64,000 bases of DNA from Penicillus capitatus (GCA_965649825.1 OZ287703.1:987722-1051721); one strand, 5' to 3'; positions 11,905-26,100 are shown, counted from the first letter of the stretch. A program made the numbers and translations. The notes: a model not told the origin generated them from the letters alone.

Positions 11905-14900
11905 ATGGCGAAACCGACCGGCTGTTCCAGCCCCTTCTGGAAGGAGTTGCGTCGACAGTTGTGGTCTTTCTACTGCGCCGTGACGTTTTCCCACGTCAAC
12001 AAACTGCTGAACAAGGGAAAGGCGCAGCAGATTGACTGCGACTCTGCTCGCGAATTCCGCCCTGCAAATCTGCATCCTAGATGTCTTGCCGCCGAATTCG
12101 ATGCCATCTACAACCCTCTAAAGGTCGCATTCCTGTCATCTCAATGGTCTGTCTTGGCGTCAACGTTAGCTGTCGACCCTTTGCCAGGCAAAGAGTCAGA
12201 AGCAGGCTTCTAACGACGTCTTGTGGGCACTTCTTCGGCAAGAACGATGGTTGATCTGCCGTATCTGGTTCTGGGTGATTATCGAGTGTACTATCAGGTA
12301 AGAAAATCATATGTCTACTGAAATCGAGGAATGCATGTTCTCTAGGCTGAGCACTCCTTTTCTGCTGAGGGAGTTTCTCATCTGGATCGAGGATTACAAA
12401 GAGGGAGACGCAGAGTTTTCCAGAGGATTATTATGGGGAGGTCTACTGATTGCATCTCCATGTGCTTATATGCCTGCCCACCACCAGAAGTTCTGGTGCG
12501 TTTTCGAGAGAAGGCTTAACATTTCGAAAGAGCGAGGTGCATATGCAGGACTGGCACTCTCTCGGGTTATCGAATGAAAATGACGCTAATGGCTGTACTC
12601 CATTCAAAGCTCCTGAGATTGAACTCTTCGTCCATTGGTCGAATCACGACAGGTTCAACTTTGTGGCAACCTCGGTCTTTTGGATCTGAGAGAAATGTGC
12701 ACAGGACATGTGGTGAATCTCATGAGCAACGATCTGAAGAGATCGGAGTATGCAATAGCAGTGTCTTCCAACTTGATCATCGGTCCATTCGAAACAATCT
12801 TTGTCCTGGTAGCTGTTTCTCTATATCTGGGATTTACTCCGGCCGTTGTTGGAACGAGTTGTTACCTCCTCATCATCCCTGTTCAGGTACGAGGTCCTGA
12901 TTTGACAAGCAGGTGTTGTCAGAGTGCTCTGCAGTCCTTTCTATCGAAGTATATTCGGAAATGCCGTCAGAAGACAGCTGTTGTGACAGATCGAAGAATT
13001 AGTTTGACGGGGGAGTTGATTACTGGAAATTTGGCCATCAAGATGTTGGGATGGGAAGATCCTTTGAGGGAAGGTGTGGAAGACATCAGACAGAAGGAAC
13101 AAAGATGGTTGCTCTACAAAAGCTGCATGAAGGCGCTGCATGCTATGTCGCCCGGTGTCACACGTGCTCTCGTCGTGTGTGCCACGTTCATCACAGTTAG
13201 GCCTTTTTTCTTTGCAGAACTGTTCTCATTCTGTATGTTCTGCATTTGCAGTACAGGCTGACGAACGGCGAGTTCAATGTTCCTGATGTGTTCCTGGCGC
13301 TGAGCTTGCTGATGCTGCCGAAACTGACTATGGCACATCTCTTTGTTCTGGCAGTTGAACTAGCGAATGAGGCCCACGTTGCTGCCAAACGCGTGGATGC
13401 ATTCCTTAAGATTCCAGAACCAGGAAGAACGAACGTAATGGATGGGAGTGTCGTTGGTGAAGTTAAAGTAGAGCAGGGAAACTTCAGTTGGTATGTGCAG
13501 AGAACACAGACAAAGAGAAGTGCGAAGAAAGAAGCCATCCGTGTCTTCTCCGAGGTGAATGCTCGCCGCTTTTGTTTTTGAATCTAAACATGTATTTTTC
13601 TGTCCAGTCAACGAGTGGAAAAGTCAAGAAGGAAACAGTACCAGAGTTGAGACAAGCCTTAGCCGATGTGGACCTCTCTGTTAACCAGGGAGAGCTCGTC
13701 GGCGTGGCGGGAATAGTGGGCAGCGGAAAGAGCTCCCTTCTTGCAGCGCTGCTGAACGACATGGAGAACCTCTCAGACACGCAGAGTGGGACACGCTTCG
13801 CAGAACTGCCACCACAACAGTGTCTTTAGGTGCTCGGCTGCACGGCAGAGTGTCCTACTGCCCACAGACACCATGGATCATGGCTGGGACTGTCCGGGAG
13901 AACATCACGTTCGGTCAGCCATTCGACGAAGGCCTCTATCAGCAAGTGGTCAGCAGCTGCGCGTTGGAAGTCGATTTCGAGCAGTTCCCTGACGGCGATG
14001 CAACGGAACTCGGAGAGAGGGGTATCAACATCTCGGGTGCGAGTCACACACTCCTTCTGAGTTTTCGGCGATTCAGTCTCTCTTCGTTTCCAGGCGGACA
14101 GAAAGCAAGAGTCGCATTGGCGAGGGCGGCCTACAGCCAGGCAGACATCCACCTGCTCGACGATCCCCTCAGTGCTGTCGATCCACGAGTGGCCAGAGTT
14201 CTGTTCGACAGGTGACAGATCTCCTGTCGCTTTCGATCTCCTGCACTCTTCATCTCCTGAATGTGACAGGTGTATCGGACCGGCTGGCCTGATGAAGAGC
14301 TCGACGAGACTGCTTGTGACCCACCAGAGGCAGTTCCTCCCTCTTTGCGATCGCATTGTTCTCATGAACGAGGGCAAAGTCGAAACAGAGGGCACCTGGA
14401 AAGACGTTGAGAGCCATCCCATACTGAAAGTGGTCGAACAGAGCAGAGAACACGAAGAGGTGATCCATCGATATCATAGTCTGCGCGCTTTTCAAAACGG
14501 CGGCATTGCAGGTAAGCTTAGATGCGGTTGGGAAAGCTGCGAAGAGAGCAAAGACAAGCTCAAAGAATGAAGAAGGCGGTCACAGCGAGACAGAAGGAGA
14601 AACTGGTGCACCGAACAACGGCGATTCGAGTTCGACTCCTGGTAGCTTCTCGCGTCATGTCCCTTTCTAATTCGATATGGTTCTGTCAGATGGCAAGGGG
14701 CTTGTAGAAAAGGAAACAAAAGAGATTGGCAAAGTGTCTCTCGGCGTCTACTGGGGATACGTCTGCCACGTGGGCGTTCTACCGATGTTAGGTGCTCTAT
14801 CTGTTTTGGCCGTCGCAGTGGCCTTCTATGTTCTGATCGAGTGGTGGATTGCCCACTGGGCTTCGTCGGACGTAAGCGATCAAGACGATCTGCACTGGAT

Positions 14901-16797
14901 CTGGGTCCTTGTCACATTTACATGCTCGGGCATCAGTTCAAACGTCATCAGTGTCGTCGCCCTCTTCATTCTTCTGCTGTCGGGATCGACTCGATTACAT
15001 ACAAGCATGTTGAAGACGGTTCTGCACTCCCCCCTGAAGTTCTTCCACACCAATCCGACTGGCAGAATCCTCAACAGATTCTCCAAGGACATGGGTATGC
15101 AGGACGAAGATCTGCCGTGGTTTTCCGTGGAAGTTATCACAGTGAGTCAGCTCAATTGCAGTTTTCGTCTCGTCACGTTTTCATTGCTGCAGAATGTTTT
15201 CGTGGCTGTGAGTACAGTGTGTTTGGTATGCATCGCTCTGCCATACATGCTGATTTTCTTCGTTGCCATTTCTTTCATTTTCCGTTATTATTTGCGTCGC
15301 TACGTTGTGACATCGAGAGAAGTCAAAAGATTCGATGGCGTCACACGCTCACCGGTCTATGCCATGTTTTCTGAAAACATAAAAGGACTCTCAACGATAA
15401 GAGCATACAACTGTCAGGAAGATTTTCACAACCGTTTCATGGAGAGTCTGGATCTCAATGGGTCTTGGTTAATGGCTTTCTTGCTGACATCTCGATGGAT
15501 TGGCTATCGATTAGATGGCATCAGTGCGTCAGTCATGCTGTTCTCCGTTACCTCTGCCATCATCCTTGCCAAATCAGTGGGCTCAGTCGCAATAACTAAC
15601 TAGTCGTGCATCATCCGAAATGTTTGCAGGTGTCACCGGAAGTGCTGGGTCTAGCATTGACATACGTAATATCGTTGAGTGGCATGCTTCAGTACACAAT
15701 GCGACAAGCAGCGGAACTGGAGAATACAATGACAGCTGTCGAGAGGAACATGGAGTACACTCAACTCGAACAGGAACCGCCAAGGTAAGCAGCCTCCATC
15801 ATTCATCTCGAGACGTGAAAGCGAATCCGTGACCAGGGCATCAGAGGGAGGCGGACAGGCGCCAGAGGAGTGGCCGACCGTGGGGAGCATCGAGTACCTC
15901 TCCGTGACGGCGTCCTACAGACCTGGACTGGATCCCGTTCTGAAGAACCTCTCGTTCGTCATCCCAGGAGGCAGCTCGGTCGGCATCGTCGGCAGAACCG
16001 GCTCAGGAAAATCCTCCCTGCTGCTGACGCTGTTCAGGTCTCCTGCTTGGACACATCTTTGATCTCTGCATCGAGAAGACTTCTGTGTGCAGGCTGATCG
16101 ACGTAAACGAGGGGGAGATCAGGATCGACGGCGTGGACACGTCCAGCATCGGCATCGACGTTCTGAGGAAGCAGCTGGCAGTGATCCCACAGGACCCGGT
16201 GCTCTTCGGAGGTGATCATCTCTGATGTCTCTGCCGGCCACTGACTCGATGCGACGCAGGAACGCTGAGGTCGAACCTGGATCCGTGGAGCGAGCACAGC
16301 GACGCCAGGGTCTGGGACGTGCTGCAGAAGGTCTGCCTCGGTGCAGTGGTCAGGGACATCGGCGGACTGGAGGCACTCATCTCGGAGAACGGAGGCAACC
16401 TGAGTGTCGGGCAGCGCCAGCTTCTCTGTCTAGCCAGGTGATCTTCCATCTGTCTGCTTTCCGTTTCCTCTCATCACTGTTCTTTGACAGGGTCCTCCTC
16501 TCGGATGCCAAGATCGTTGCGCTGGACGAGGCCACAGCGAATGTGGACAGAGGCACCGACTCCTTGATACAGAACTCTCTGCACTCGCTCATCACTAAGA
16601 ACGACAAGACTCTCCTCATCATCGCCCACCGGATAGACACCGTCATGGACTGCGATCTGCTGCTCGTCTTGGAGGACGGAGAGCTGGTCGAGTTTGACGC
16701 CCCGGGAACTTTGATGGCGAAGGAAGGCGGAGTCTTCGCCGGAATGGTTAAAGCAGCAAAAAAGTCTTCCGGAATTGGGTTAGCCGAAATCAGATGA
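11905..16797 (+). CDS. ABCC/MRP-type ABC transporter, copy B (full length, short form without an obvious TMD0), multi-exon
   Basis: TMD1 ([21 protein letters not shown]), NBD1 ([23 protein letters not shown]), TMD2 and NBD2 ([23 protein letters not shown]) reconstructed across short GT-AG introns. Confidence 0.93.
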
Positions 16798-16960
16798 ATG
16801 ATCTTTCTTTAGCGCCAGGCAACCAGTTTCATTGTTTATTATTCTATTCTATTCTAATCTGGACTCACACTATTTCACAATCGGTGTGTGGTTAGCAGCC
16901 GAACTATTTGTTTCCAATGTCGAATGGGATATCGATTCAGAAAGACTCTTGCTGTATTAC
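13830..16960 (+). repeat. Tandem duplicate of about 17-3136 (offset about 13.8 kb), continuing with indels to about 17170 vs 4140
   Basis: Near-identical exons, several introns and the 3' UTR; visible by direct comparison. Confidence 0.92.
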
Positions 16961-18581
16961 ACTTGTTTGGAATGTGAGGTTTCGTTTCTGTGGATTTCTA
17001 TTCAAATCTGGAGAGTTTGCACTGTTCGAGCTTTTGTTGAATTCTTACTCTTACCTTTGAATTGCGATGTCTATGCAAAACAAAGAAGTTTCACCTGGCA
17101 ACTTTTGTCTAGACGTGCTTGTTTGCACTACCTTTAAACACACAGTCGTTTCTCTACGCCAACATCTCTGGTATGCCGGCGAGCCGTGAATTCATTTAGG
17201 ACGCTACAAACGCAGAAGAACGGTATCATACAGCGTCTGACATCTTCATCCTTGCCAATTCTAAGAGAGCATAAGAGAGATCCTCGCACTAAGAGGTCTT
17301 CTGATATGACGTCTTCTGCCCTGTTTCTCTGGCTACAGGTCTTGAGCAGCATCGCAGACGGTAGCAGGCAACTGAAGACTCGATTCGATCACCGGACAGA
17401 CGTGCGAACAGGTTCGTTGGCTAATGACATTGAAAACACGTGACGTTTACTCTTGGATTGAGTTGCGTCTCGGCACTGAACGCGAGTGCGTGCGCTGTGT
17501 AGAAGAGTAAGTTAGTTCCCTCTTTTTTGGCTGATCATCGCCTGTTATCTATCATTCAGACTTCGTCGACGACGATCGTCAACAATTCTAGTGACGGTGG
17601 CTCATGTGTGAAATACCTTTAATCAGAATCTGTCAAATCACATATCTCGTCTACTGGCATGAACTGCCTCAACACTTTTTACAACAGTATCTTAATCACT
17701 TGGACAAGCAACGCAAAACAACGAACTGCAGCACAGCCGGTGCCCAAGCACACGTATACAACTGCAATATCACTTGAGGGCTCATGCTTCTAACGCAGAA
17801 GCTGCTAAATCTAGTTGCTGACACTATAACAGGATCCAGAACCACTTTGTATCTTGGTCTAATTTGACAAAGCATACTTCCACGTCGTTTGACATCGAAG
17901 AAAGCAACTTGAGAAAGGAATGGCATGATGCATGACGCGACGATGAACGAAGAAGGTCTGTGATGGACGAATCGACTTTTCCCGTCTAATAAGAGTCATT
18001 CAACGTGTCTTCGCCGAATTCAACTGGACAACAAACAGTAAGTAGGTGATCGGAACGTTCGAACGCATCGAACCCTACGGCAGCGCCGTGCAGTTAATAC
18101 CTCCAGTAGTGAACGAGCTTCTACGTAGACATGAAAAGTTCTGCATACCGCAAATCCCTTTGAAGAGTGAGCGTGTCGATGCTGCAAATGCTGTCCGTCA
18201 CTGCTGCGAGATCGTGTTGTTCGCTACAAGGACTGCTGCTATCTTCATTCATGCAACAGGTCTTACAGCTACCCTCCTTACAATGCGATGATCTCAGACA
18301 CAGGTATCCAGCTTTTTGGCACAAGGTATTGAGAACGGCACACAGCTAAGGATACAACCAAGTGTAACGGCTTGTGTTCTCCACACAACGATTCAATCCA
18401 ACACAGGGTTCATGCAAAAGTCGTTCCTCGATCCATAACCGACCTTGCTGCTAAGAACAAAAAAATAACATCGTCTACAACGAAGTGCAAGCTGATGGTT
18501 GTCAGCGACAGACTCTTCAAAGCGTTCGTTTGTTGAGACGGGACGACGGCCATTTGTCTCGGCTGAATAATAGATGACGCC

Positions 18582-19277
18582 TCAGAGAGGAACGACATGG
18601 ATGACCAACGTTACCCAACTCTTGCCGTCATTCACACCACTGTGGTACTCGAATCCATCTTTGTCTCCCGCTCTGCTCTCCCCTCTGATGCGCAACTTCT
18701 CGTCATGCTGATAGCCTTGATACGTATAGTGGCATAGATGGAACCCACAGGACACGATGGAATCTGGGTCCATCAACTCTTTGCAAAGGGGACATGGTGT
18801 GTTGTGCAGCAATGCGCCCATGTTGAAGCCCCGCGATCTTAAAGTCGAACTGGCTCTGTCAAAGGAGCCGGAGAAGCCGAGAGGACTCCATGCCAATTGC
18901 TTATAAGCTTCGCAGTTCGCATTCATGCATCGACCCTCCAGATTGAAGCCCTGTCCAATGACTCTGTAACTTGGCGCGTTCTCTGTGAATCCTCTCTTGT
19001 TTCCATCTTTCATACTGGCGAAGTTGAAACCCAGATCGAAGACAGGGCCGCCTCCCCGCAACCTGAGAACCAGATGAATGCAGCTCTCATCTTCAATGCC
19101 GTAGTCCTTTAGACAGCGACTGTCATCCAGTTGTCGCCCTGCGTAAATTAAGCGCTGCTGATTGTATGGGATCTGCTCTGCTTCTTCTATTTTGTCTTTG
19201 ATATTGTCGACGGTGTCTTCAAGAGAGCAAGAGATAGAAATGGTGTTCTGAGTCAACGTCTTGATGAAGATCTTCAT
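18582..19277 (-). CDS. Ubiquitin-like domain (exactly 76 aa ending LRLRGG) fused to a 155-aa Cys-rich domain; single exon
   Basis: MKIFIKTLT...[11 protein letters not shown]...[17 protein letters not shown], then CMNANC, CPLC and CGFHLC motifs. Confidence 0.92.
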   Translation of the reverse strand: MKIFIKTLTQNTISISCSLEDTVDNIKDKIEEAEQIPYNQQRLIYAGRQLDDSRCLKDYGIEDESCIHLVLRLRGGGPVFDLGFNFASMKDGNKRGFTENAPSYRVIGQGFNLEGRCMNANCEAYKQLAWSPLGFSGSFDRASSTLRSRGFNMGALLHNTPCPLCKELMDPDSIVSCGFHLCHYTYQGYQHDEKLRIRGESRAGDKDGFEYHSGVNDGKSWVTLVIHVVPL

Positions 19278-20773
19278 CGTTTGTCTCGCGTACTGAGATG
19301 GATAAACGACAGCACTCTCAAACGCCGTTACCCGTTTGTTGCGACGTCGACCGTCACGGGGCAGTTACGCGAACTCGAGCGAATAAGAAAGCTGCTGTGA
19401 CCGCTTCGCCTAAAAACACCAGCGAGCGGCAGTTTAGAGGCTGTTGCTGCATTAAGGCGTTGTTCTTATCGCGACGGGTCGGTCCAGTTCGAAACGACGG
19501 AGAGAAAATGGCAGAGGTCCCGTGGCGGCGCAAAAGTGCGGCAACGATACCTGGAAGTTGTCGCACAGCAGCGACGGACGCGAGTGCTCTGGATGTGGCC
19601 ACGGAAGCGACAAGCCTTGCAAATGCAAAAAGCGGCTTAACGTAAAGGGATGACGAACATTTCCGCTTTCATATGTGCGACGATTCTGCGCGAGGCGAAC
19701 GTCAGTTTCGTCCATGCCGCCGCTGCCGTCTGTCACTTTACGTGTCGTGTGCTATCTCGTCATGCATCTTCGTTCGCGTGACAAACTGGCCAGCGTAACC
19801 CGGCAACGTGTGACCAGCCTTTCACTTCCACATGGAAGAAGCATAGACTGATGGTATGAGCACCTCTGCAATGTTACGTCCGACTTGTGAAAACAAGTGA
19901 CGGACTCGATCCGTTTCTCCAGTGGCTTGATTTGACGATTGTGCCGCTTCGCCGGCAGCTGCATGTTAACCTCCAGGTGCATCCAAACAGCAGTTAACAA
20001 TGACATCATCATGGCGAGAAAAGAGTGATCCATCATGCCAATCAGGAGGAGTCTCCTGCGAAACAAGAACGGTTGATGAGTGTTGGAACGATGTCCAACA
20101 TCGATGGAGACGAGATTTTACCGCTCCATTCACCACGCCGCCATCTACAGTGTCCCAAACTTTGGATGGTACGTGTGGCATGGATGTGCGGAGAGCGATG
20201 CCGCTGCGCTTTCGTATTGCGTGGCTTGAGACGGTCAGGTCCACCGTCCTGTCGCTGTCTTTCAGTGTCGAGCCAGTTCGAAAGCGACGGCTTTCATTGC
20301 AGAGCTGCATGGGCAGGGCATGCACAGCATCTGGCGCCTTCCAAAAGACATCCCTTCCGTTTGCATCAATGCCTTGTGGCACAGAAGAGAATCCAACCTC
20401 CAGGCGGTCTCTCTGAGATCCTTCTCACAGAGCGGGACACATCCGTCTCTTTACTTTCTTTGAACCCGTCCTCATTGGAAAGCCATCCATCCACGTCACC
20501 CTTAAATAAACGGTCGCTTTTAGGTCAGGAGAAACCGCGCGTCTCTTATCCAAAAGTGGACAGCTTGTTGCTGAGTACTGTCGATCCCGTACTCTGCAAA
20601 AGTGACATCCACCAGATCGTCACAACACGTTGCATCTCCGACGTCGTTGGCAGAAGCAGTGAAAGCGACGCGGCATGGATTGCCTTACAAATGCTGACGT
20701 GTATCCGACCGTGTCCAGCAGTATTCTTCAAAAACGGCCCTTGGCACCCGTCTTCGCGCGTTTGCGTCTCGAG

Positions 20774-21553
20774 ATGTCGGACAACACGTCACCTTCCTCC
20801 GAGAGTTCTTCCCCGTCGAGCTATTTCCCATTTGACGGCAGCTGCGACTGCAGCCGCGACGGGGACCTTACGCTCAACTTCGCTGACGGATCTTTTCTGA
20901 AGACTCACGCCGCGCTACTGAAGATGGCGTCGCCCACTTTCAAAGCGATGCTCACGGACTGCGCAGAGACTGGAACGGTGGCTTTGGAAAACACATCAAG
21001 AGAGGCATGGGTTCTCATCTTGAACTGCCTTCATCCAGGCACTCGACATCTCTTCTCGAACTTCGATCCAATCGCGCAGACAGACTTATTGGTACGAACC
21101 TTGTAAACGGGTCGACTTGTACAGCGATTGTCTTCACAGGCTGATGTACTGGAACAATGTCGAAAGTTCACGTTCGTCCACGTGCTCGAAGGACTCGACT
21201 ACATGATCGCCGCGGAGATTCCTATAAATATGAGGAACGACTATCTAAAATGTCCGACTGGTTTCGGTGATCCCGATGCTCAACACTTGCGTCTGTACAC
21301 TCTTGCACTTGAGCGTGCGAAGGTATTGCCTAGAACCGTTGACAGTATAAGTGAACATATTGGACGAGTTTTGAGTTTTGTCGCCGGATATGGACATAAG
21401 ACCTCCGGCTCGAAGGTTACAAACACTCCTCCTCCGTTTGGTATGATGCCGCGTAGGAGTATTCTAATGAACCTTTATACAAAAGGAAATAGTCGTTTTC
21501 GAGACAAACTCGTCAGACAGATGATGGAGAACAGTAATTACATGAGGGACTGA
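20774..21553 (+). CDS. BTB family protein B5 (exons 20774-21091, 21140-21553)
   Basis: Family motifs; phase-0 48-bp intron; exon 2 begins ADVLEQCRKF. Confidence 0.82.
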
Positions 21554-21939
21554 ATTCACATTCCTTCATCTATTAGCCTGGTATTCGATTCTCAAGTTGT
21601 GTGCGGTTTATGAACATAAATTCAAGCTGTGAAAGGCATTTGCAGTTCAAGTCCACATCGCACAACGCGTGACATCGTCGAAGACATGTCTGACTAGTCG
21701 TTTGCAGAGAATAGAGAATCCAATACATTGAAATCTGTAGGAAACGATGATGATCGCCGCAGTTGGTGATGTGACTGTCGACCGTGCCTGTGTGTAGGTA
21801 CAACAGTCCATCATGGAAATCCCAGAACGTCGCAACAGCTAATGTCAGAACTGTCATGTCATCGACGGGGACGCCTCTCTCGATCAGGCAGGCATAAACG
21901 CGGCCGCGTTTTTTCGTTCATCTGAGCTAACCGTAATGC

Positions 21940-22628
21940 ATGATGTCTGAGGCTGGCAAGACTTCTATAACGACTGCTTCCGAGATGACCTACTTCCCAT
22001 TCGTCGATGGCAACTGCGATTGCAGCCGTGATGGATATCGTTCTCTTATTCTCCAAGGGTTCCTCTCAGAAGACGCACGCCACGCCGCTCTCCTCGAGAT
22101 GGCGTTTCAGACTTTCCGAAGTATCTTGGGTGGGTGTTTGCGAGGACGGCGGTTCATTTTGGTGGAAGAACGTAAAGAGATATGTGGTTTGATATTTTCA
22201 GTCCTTTGCATCCGGCAGCATCCCTTACCGACGAACGAGCGCGTCGTCGGTTTAAACGATGTCGATCAGATGGTACGCATAACCTCTGCACCACTAAAGC
22301 TGTCAACTATTTGTAACTTGGTCTTTAGGCGGCTCTCCTGGGTCAAGCAAGAAGAGTCGCGCTCAATTTTCTCTTGAATTCTATAAATGCCGGAGGTGAA
22401 CGCGGCTTGTCAGCCCACGTTTATCTTACCGATTGTGAACGATCCATTAGAGGCAAACGTACGCAGAACGCAGTTTTGACTTGCCGAAGCAGAAAGTGTC
22501 TCCATGACGCGACGTCTTTGTCACATCCGAATCCGTTCTTGGTTTGCAGTTCAACTCAGTCCTCTGTTTGCAGTATCGCGTGTCGTAGGGGCGTCTGGTC
22601 ACTTCTTCTTGACATACGCGGCCAATAA
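21940..22628 (+). pseudogene. Degenerate BTB family copy B6 (intron 22273-22328)
   Basis: YFPFVDGNCDCSRDG and HAALLEMA survive, and exon 2 starts AALLGQARR. The intervening sequence is scrambled by frameshifts. Confidence 0.65.
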
Positions 22629-23113
22629 ACGGACGACTACTTTACGACAAGGATTGAAAGAACAGTGAGAAAGAGCGACGCAAAAGAGCAGAGTTCGACG
22701 AGACCTTGTCGGCGAAGCTTCAAACGGCTGTTGCGCTATCCCCGGCGATGATGGGACTTGAGGTTGCTGAGATATTGGCCAAACGTCTGGATACAGAACC
22801 GTTTTGCGCACGAATGTGAAGAACTTCTGTCGGACAAAGCCGCCCGCACGTAATCTCGTTGACGACGGTGTTTAAGTCCTTCCTCGTTGTTCGGTTTTCG
22901 CGAAGAAAGACGAAAGGCGCGGCGTTTCGTCACGTCATATACTTAAAAACTCTCGCAGCGAAAGCCTATTGCTCTCACCATCGGTCGCAAAATGCTTGTC
23001 GCTCGTTCCATACTAGAAAATGAAGACAAGTCCCGTCACAGCGTCGAACATTGAGCCCGTCCAGGACTCAGCATAAAAGGAAAAGATCATCTGGCCGACG
23101 GAGGAAGGTCCGT

Positions 23114-26100
23114 TCAGGCTTCGACGTCCGGAGGGTCGGAGATCTCCGGCTCTTCGGGCGTCGGACGTAACTTTCCAATCAGATGTTTAACTTTGTAGTC
23201 AATCCAGTGCATCAGAACGCAGAACATACCAGCATCGGCTGCAAAGCGCTCGTCTCGCTCCCTCATCTCGTATCTCAGGAACTTAGCTGCGAACCTGATA
23301 ATGTAGAAAACGAAAACAAAAAACAAGATAACATTCAGCAAAGCACACGCGACGGTAAGCAGCACACGAGTGAAGTTCTTTGGGTAGCTCTCGTCCTTGA
23401 GCATAGACGCTGCCAACGTCGTCGACAGTGACACGAAGAGAGACGCCAGTTCCATTCTGTTAAGGTCTTTGAAGTCCTCTCGGTACGGCTTCGCCAGAAT
23501 CTGAGCCAGGATAGCAAGCATGATGATGTATGCGACACCAGTGATCGGCAATCCGCTGTCAAACAGATGGGCGCAGAACACAAAGAAGGCGATGGTAACC
23601 TTCCTTGTTACGATAGCGATTTCCCAGTACACACGAAGATCCATTCTGTAAGAGCGGTAAAGGAATCCAGCGATCTGGTAAGCCCAGCCACGCTTGTAGA
23701 CGAGGTGCTGGAATGGACTCTTGAGGACGGAGATGAAGAGCACGATAAGGCCACCGTATACTGGACACACGAACGCAACGACCACTCCATAAACGAGTTT
23801 CCTGTGGTCGCCTGCGTAGCACTCCATCCTCGTGTCGACTGCCCAGTGCGTGTGCGTCACGTTAACTTTCGAGAAGTCTGCCAAGTCGTGCACGTCGACG
23901 CACAGGAAGACGCTCAGAGCAGTCTTTAGCACTGGCACGAGAGTGATATACCAGATGACCATCGCCGTAAGCAGACATCTCTTCGACACATAGCGGGGAA
24001 GTCTGTCGCTCTCGGGTCTCGCCGACTTCGTCGCCCAGAACAGGATCCAACAGAGAAACACGGCACAGGGGATGATGCACACGCTGACGACGAGCGCCAA
24101 CGCCGTCGGTTGCAAGGACAGGTCCTTTGAAGATAGACAAACGACGGAGCGTCGAATGCCGTCGGATGCGAGACCGCTAAACAATTCTGGAAAAAACACA
24201 ATAGTCGACAATCCTGGACTTTCGAGATTACGACCTCACCTCCGATTGTTGCCATAACGACGACCGGAAGCGCCCATTCGACGTCAAGGGAAGCCAGTAG
24301 AACAGTCGTTTGAACGTAACTTAGAGTGATCTGGAGAACAACGCGTTCAGTGCGAGATGAACGTACGGACTTGTTTGTACCTTAAACATCTCGACCGCCT
24401 TCCATTTTGCCAAGGTTTTTTCGGATGCGGGCAGTCCGAGGGCTTGAACCTATGGCACAATCATTCAGTAGGCGAGAAGTCGACGGTGTTCTGTGCCCAC
24501 TTCCGTCCGCGCGAGTGAAGACTCTCCTTCCGCCGATGAAGATGCCGTGCTCCGGTCACGAATCTGATGAGTGTTTCCGCGCAGAGCGCCGAGCGTGTCG
24601 TGCAGCGTGCCGTGGATCGTGGTGCTCGTCATCGCCAAGAGGATGATCGCCGAAGTCAGAATGTAGGAGACGTTGAAGAATCCCGTCAAGCACTCTTCGC
24701 ATTTCGATGACAGACCAGAGCCGAAGTCTTCTTCACAGGATCCACAAAGCGGACCCGTATGACCCTGTTGGAACAGAAAAGGAGAGATGATAAAACATTC
24801 GGAGACTGGAGAATGCGTTTTACTTCGGCACACTGAGCTTGTGCGTAGACTTCGATCCATTCTTCGTCAAAATCGCAGCTCGAGACCTCTTTGACCATGG
24901 CCTTCAAGTTCTCGGACCGGTCTTCAAACTCACAGGCAGAAGCTGGCAGGCATCTGTGAAGTTGATCCGAACAGGGCGTCATTTGCCAGTGGCCGTCGTT
25001 TGGCGTGATCGCGAGAGACTCGCAGTTGCCATTTTCGGGGCAGGGGAGGCAAACCTCCGCTTGTGGATGTAAGTTGTATGCCGTGGTGCCGCACTCCACA
25101 CAAGTTCCAAGTGTCGACATAATCTCGCCAACATAACAGCTTCGGACTTCGACGGTGACATCGACGTTTTCGATGGCCCCTTCTCCAAATTCTACCGTCA
25201 GCTTGTACTCTCCTGGAGGGGCGAAGCTTGTGACGGATCGAAAAGTGCCGGTCCATCGTTCCATTGGAACGATGATGGAACTGGACAAGAATGGCCCCGA
25301 TGGCGAGGACACGTTGGCTGCGACGGGGAGGTAGCTGATGGCAGGTCCCTGTCCTAGATCATCCAACAGTCTCACTCTTGCGGATGGTAATTCCGTGCCA
25401 CTGCTATATCCTTGTATCACACAGTTCTCGCCTCCGCTTATGCAAACAGAGTTGTTGGCATCCTCAATCGTCAGCTCTGCAGTTGCGGCGTATGTCGCGA
25501 CATCATGCCCGTAAGAGACAGCGGTATTGGCTTTCCACGACGAGCAGATGTCGTCAACTGATTCAAGGTAACCGAGGGCACGCCATTCCTTCTCCGCGTA
25601 GAAGCTCAGATCGGAATCTGGCGAAGCGTCGTTGCAGCGAAATCGAATAGCTTCTTTGTAGCCGGCGAAGACTGCTCCTCCTCCGACCCTCGCTTCATTG
25701 TCGCGGAACTGTGTTTCTACAAGAGCCATAGTGGGACAGTCGGTGCTGTTTGTCAAACATTCTTTGTTCTTTTCGCTGCAGACGAAGAAGAGTCCACCTA
25801 AAACCAAGTGTTGACAGAAGTATCATTCTTGCAAATCGATTGCCTACCTCCCAGATCAGCCGCATTATTCTCAAAGCGGCTACGGACGAACTGCAAGGCC
25901 AGACTCTGCTCGAATTTGGCGTCTAAGAGAACTGCACCACCATTGCCTCTCTTGGCCGAGTTCTTGCGGAACACACAGTTGGAGCACAGAATTGACGAGG
26001 ACCCGAGGCCAAGCACGCCACCGCCGTCGACTTCTGCCTCACAATGTGTTATGGAAAGATTGATCCCCTTCAAATGAGATCCATCCAACCAGATCGCTCC

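Noticed and set aside
2973-16797. A whole 13.8-kb tandem unit (ABCC plus BTB genes) repeated
   Set aside because: Similarity after copy B fades by about 17170, and B1-B4 are not repeated in order after it.
20025-20900. 291-aa + strand ORF
   Set aside because: Runs out of frame over B5 and its promoter, has no motif, and is not preserved in the homologous block at about 38.4-39.2 kb.
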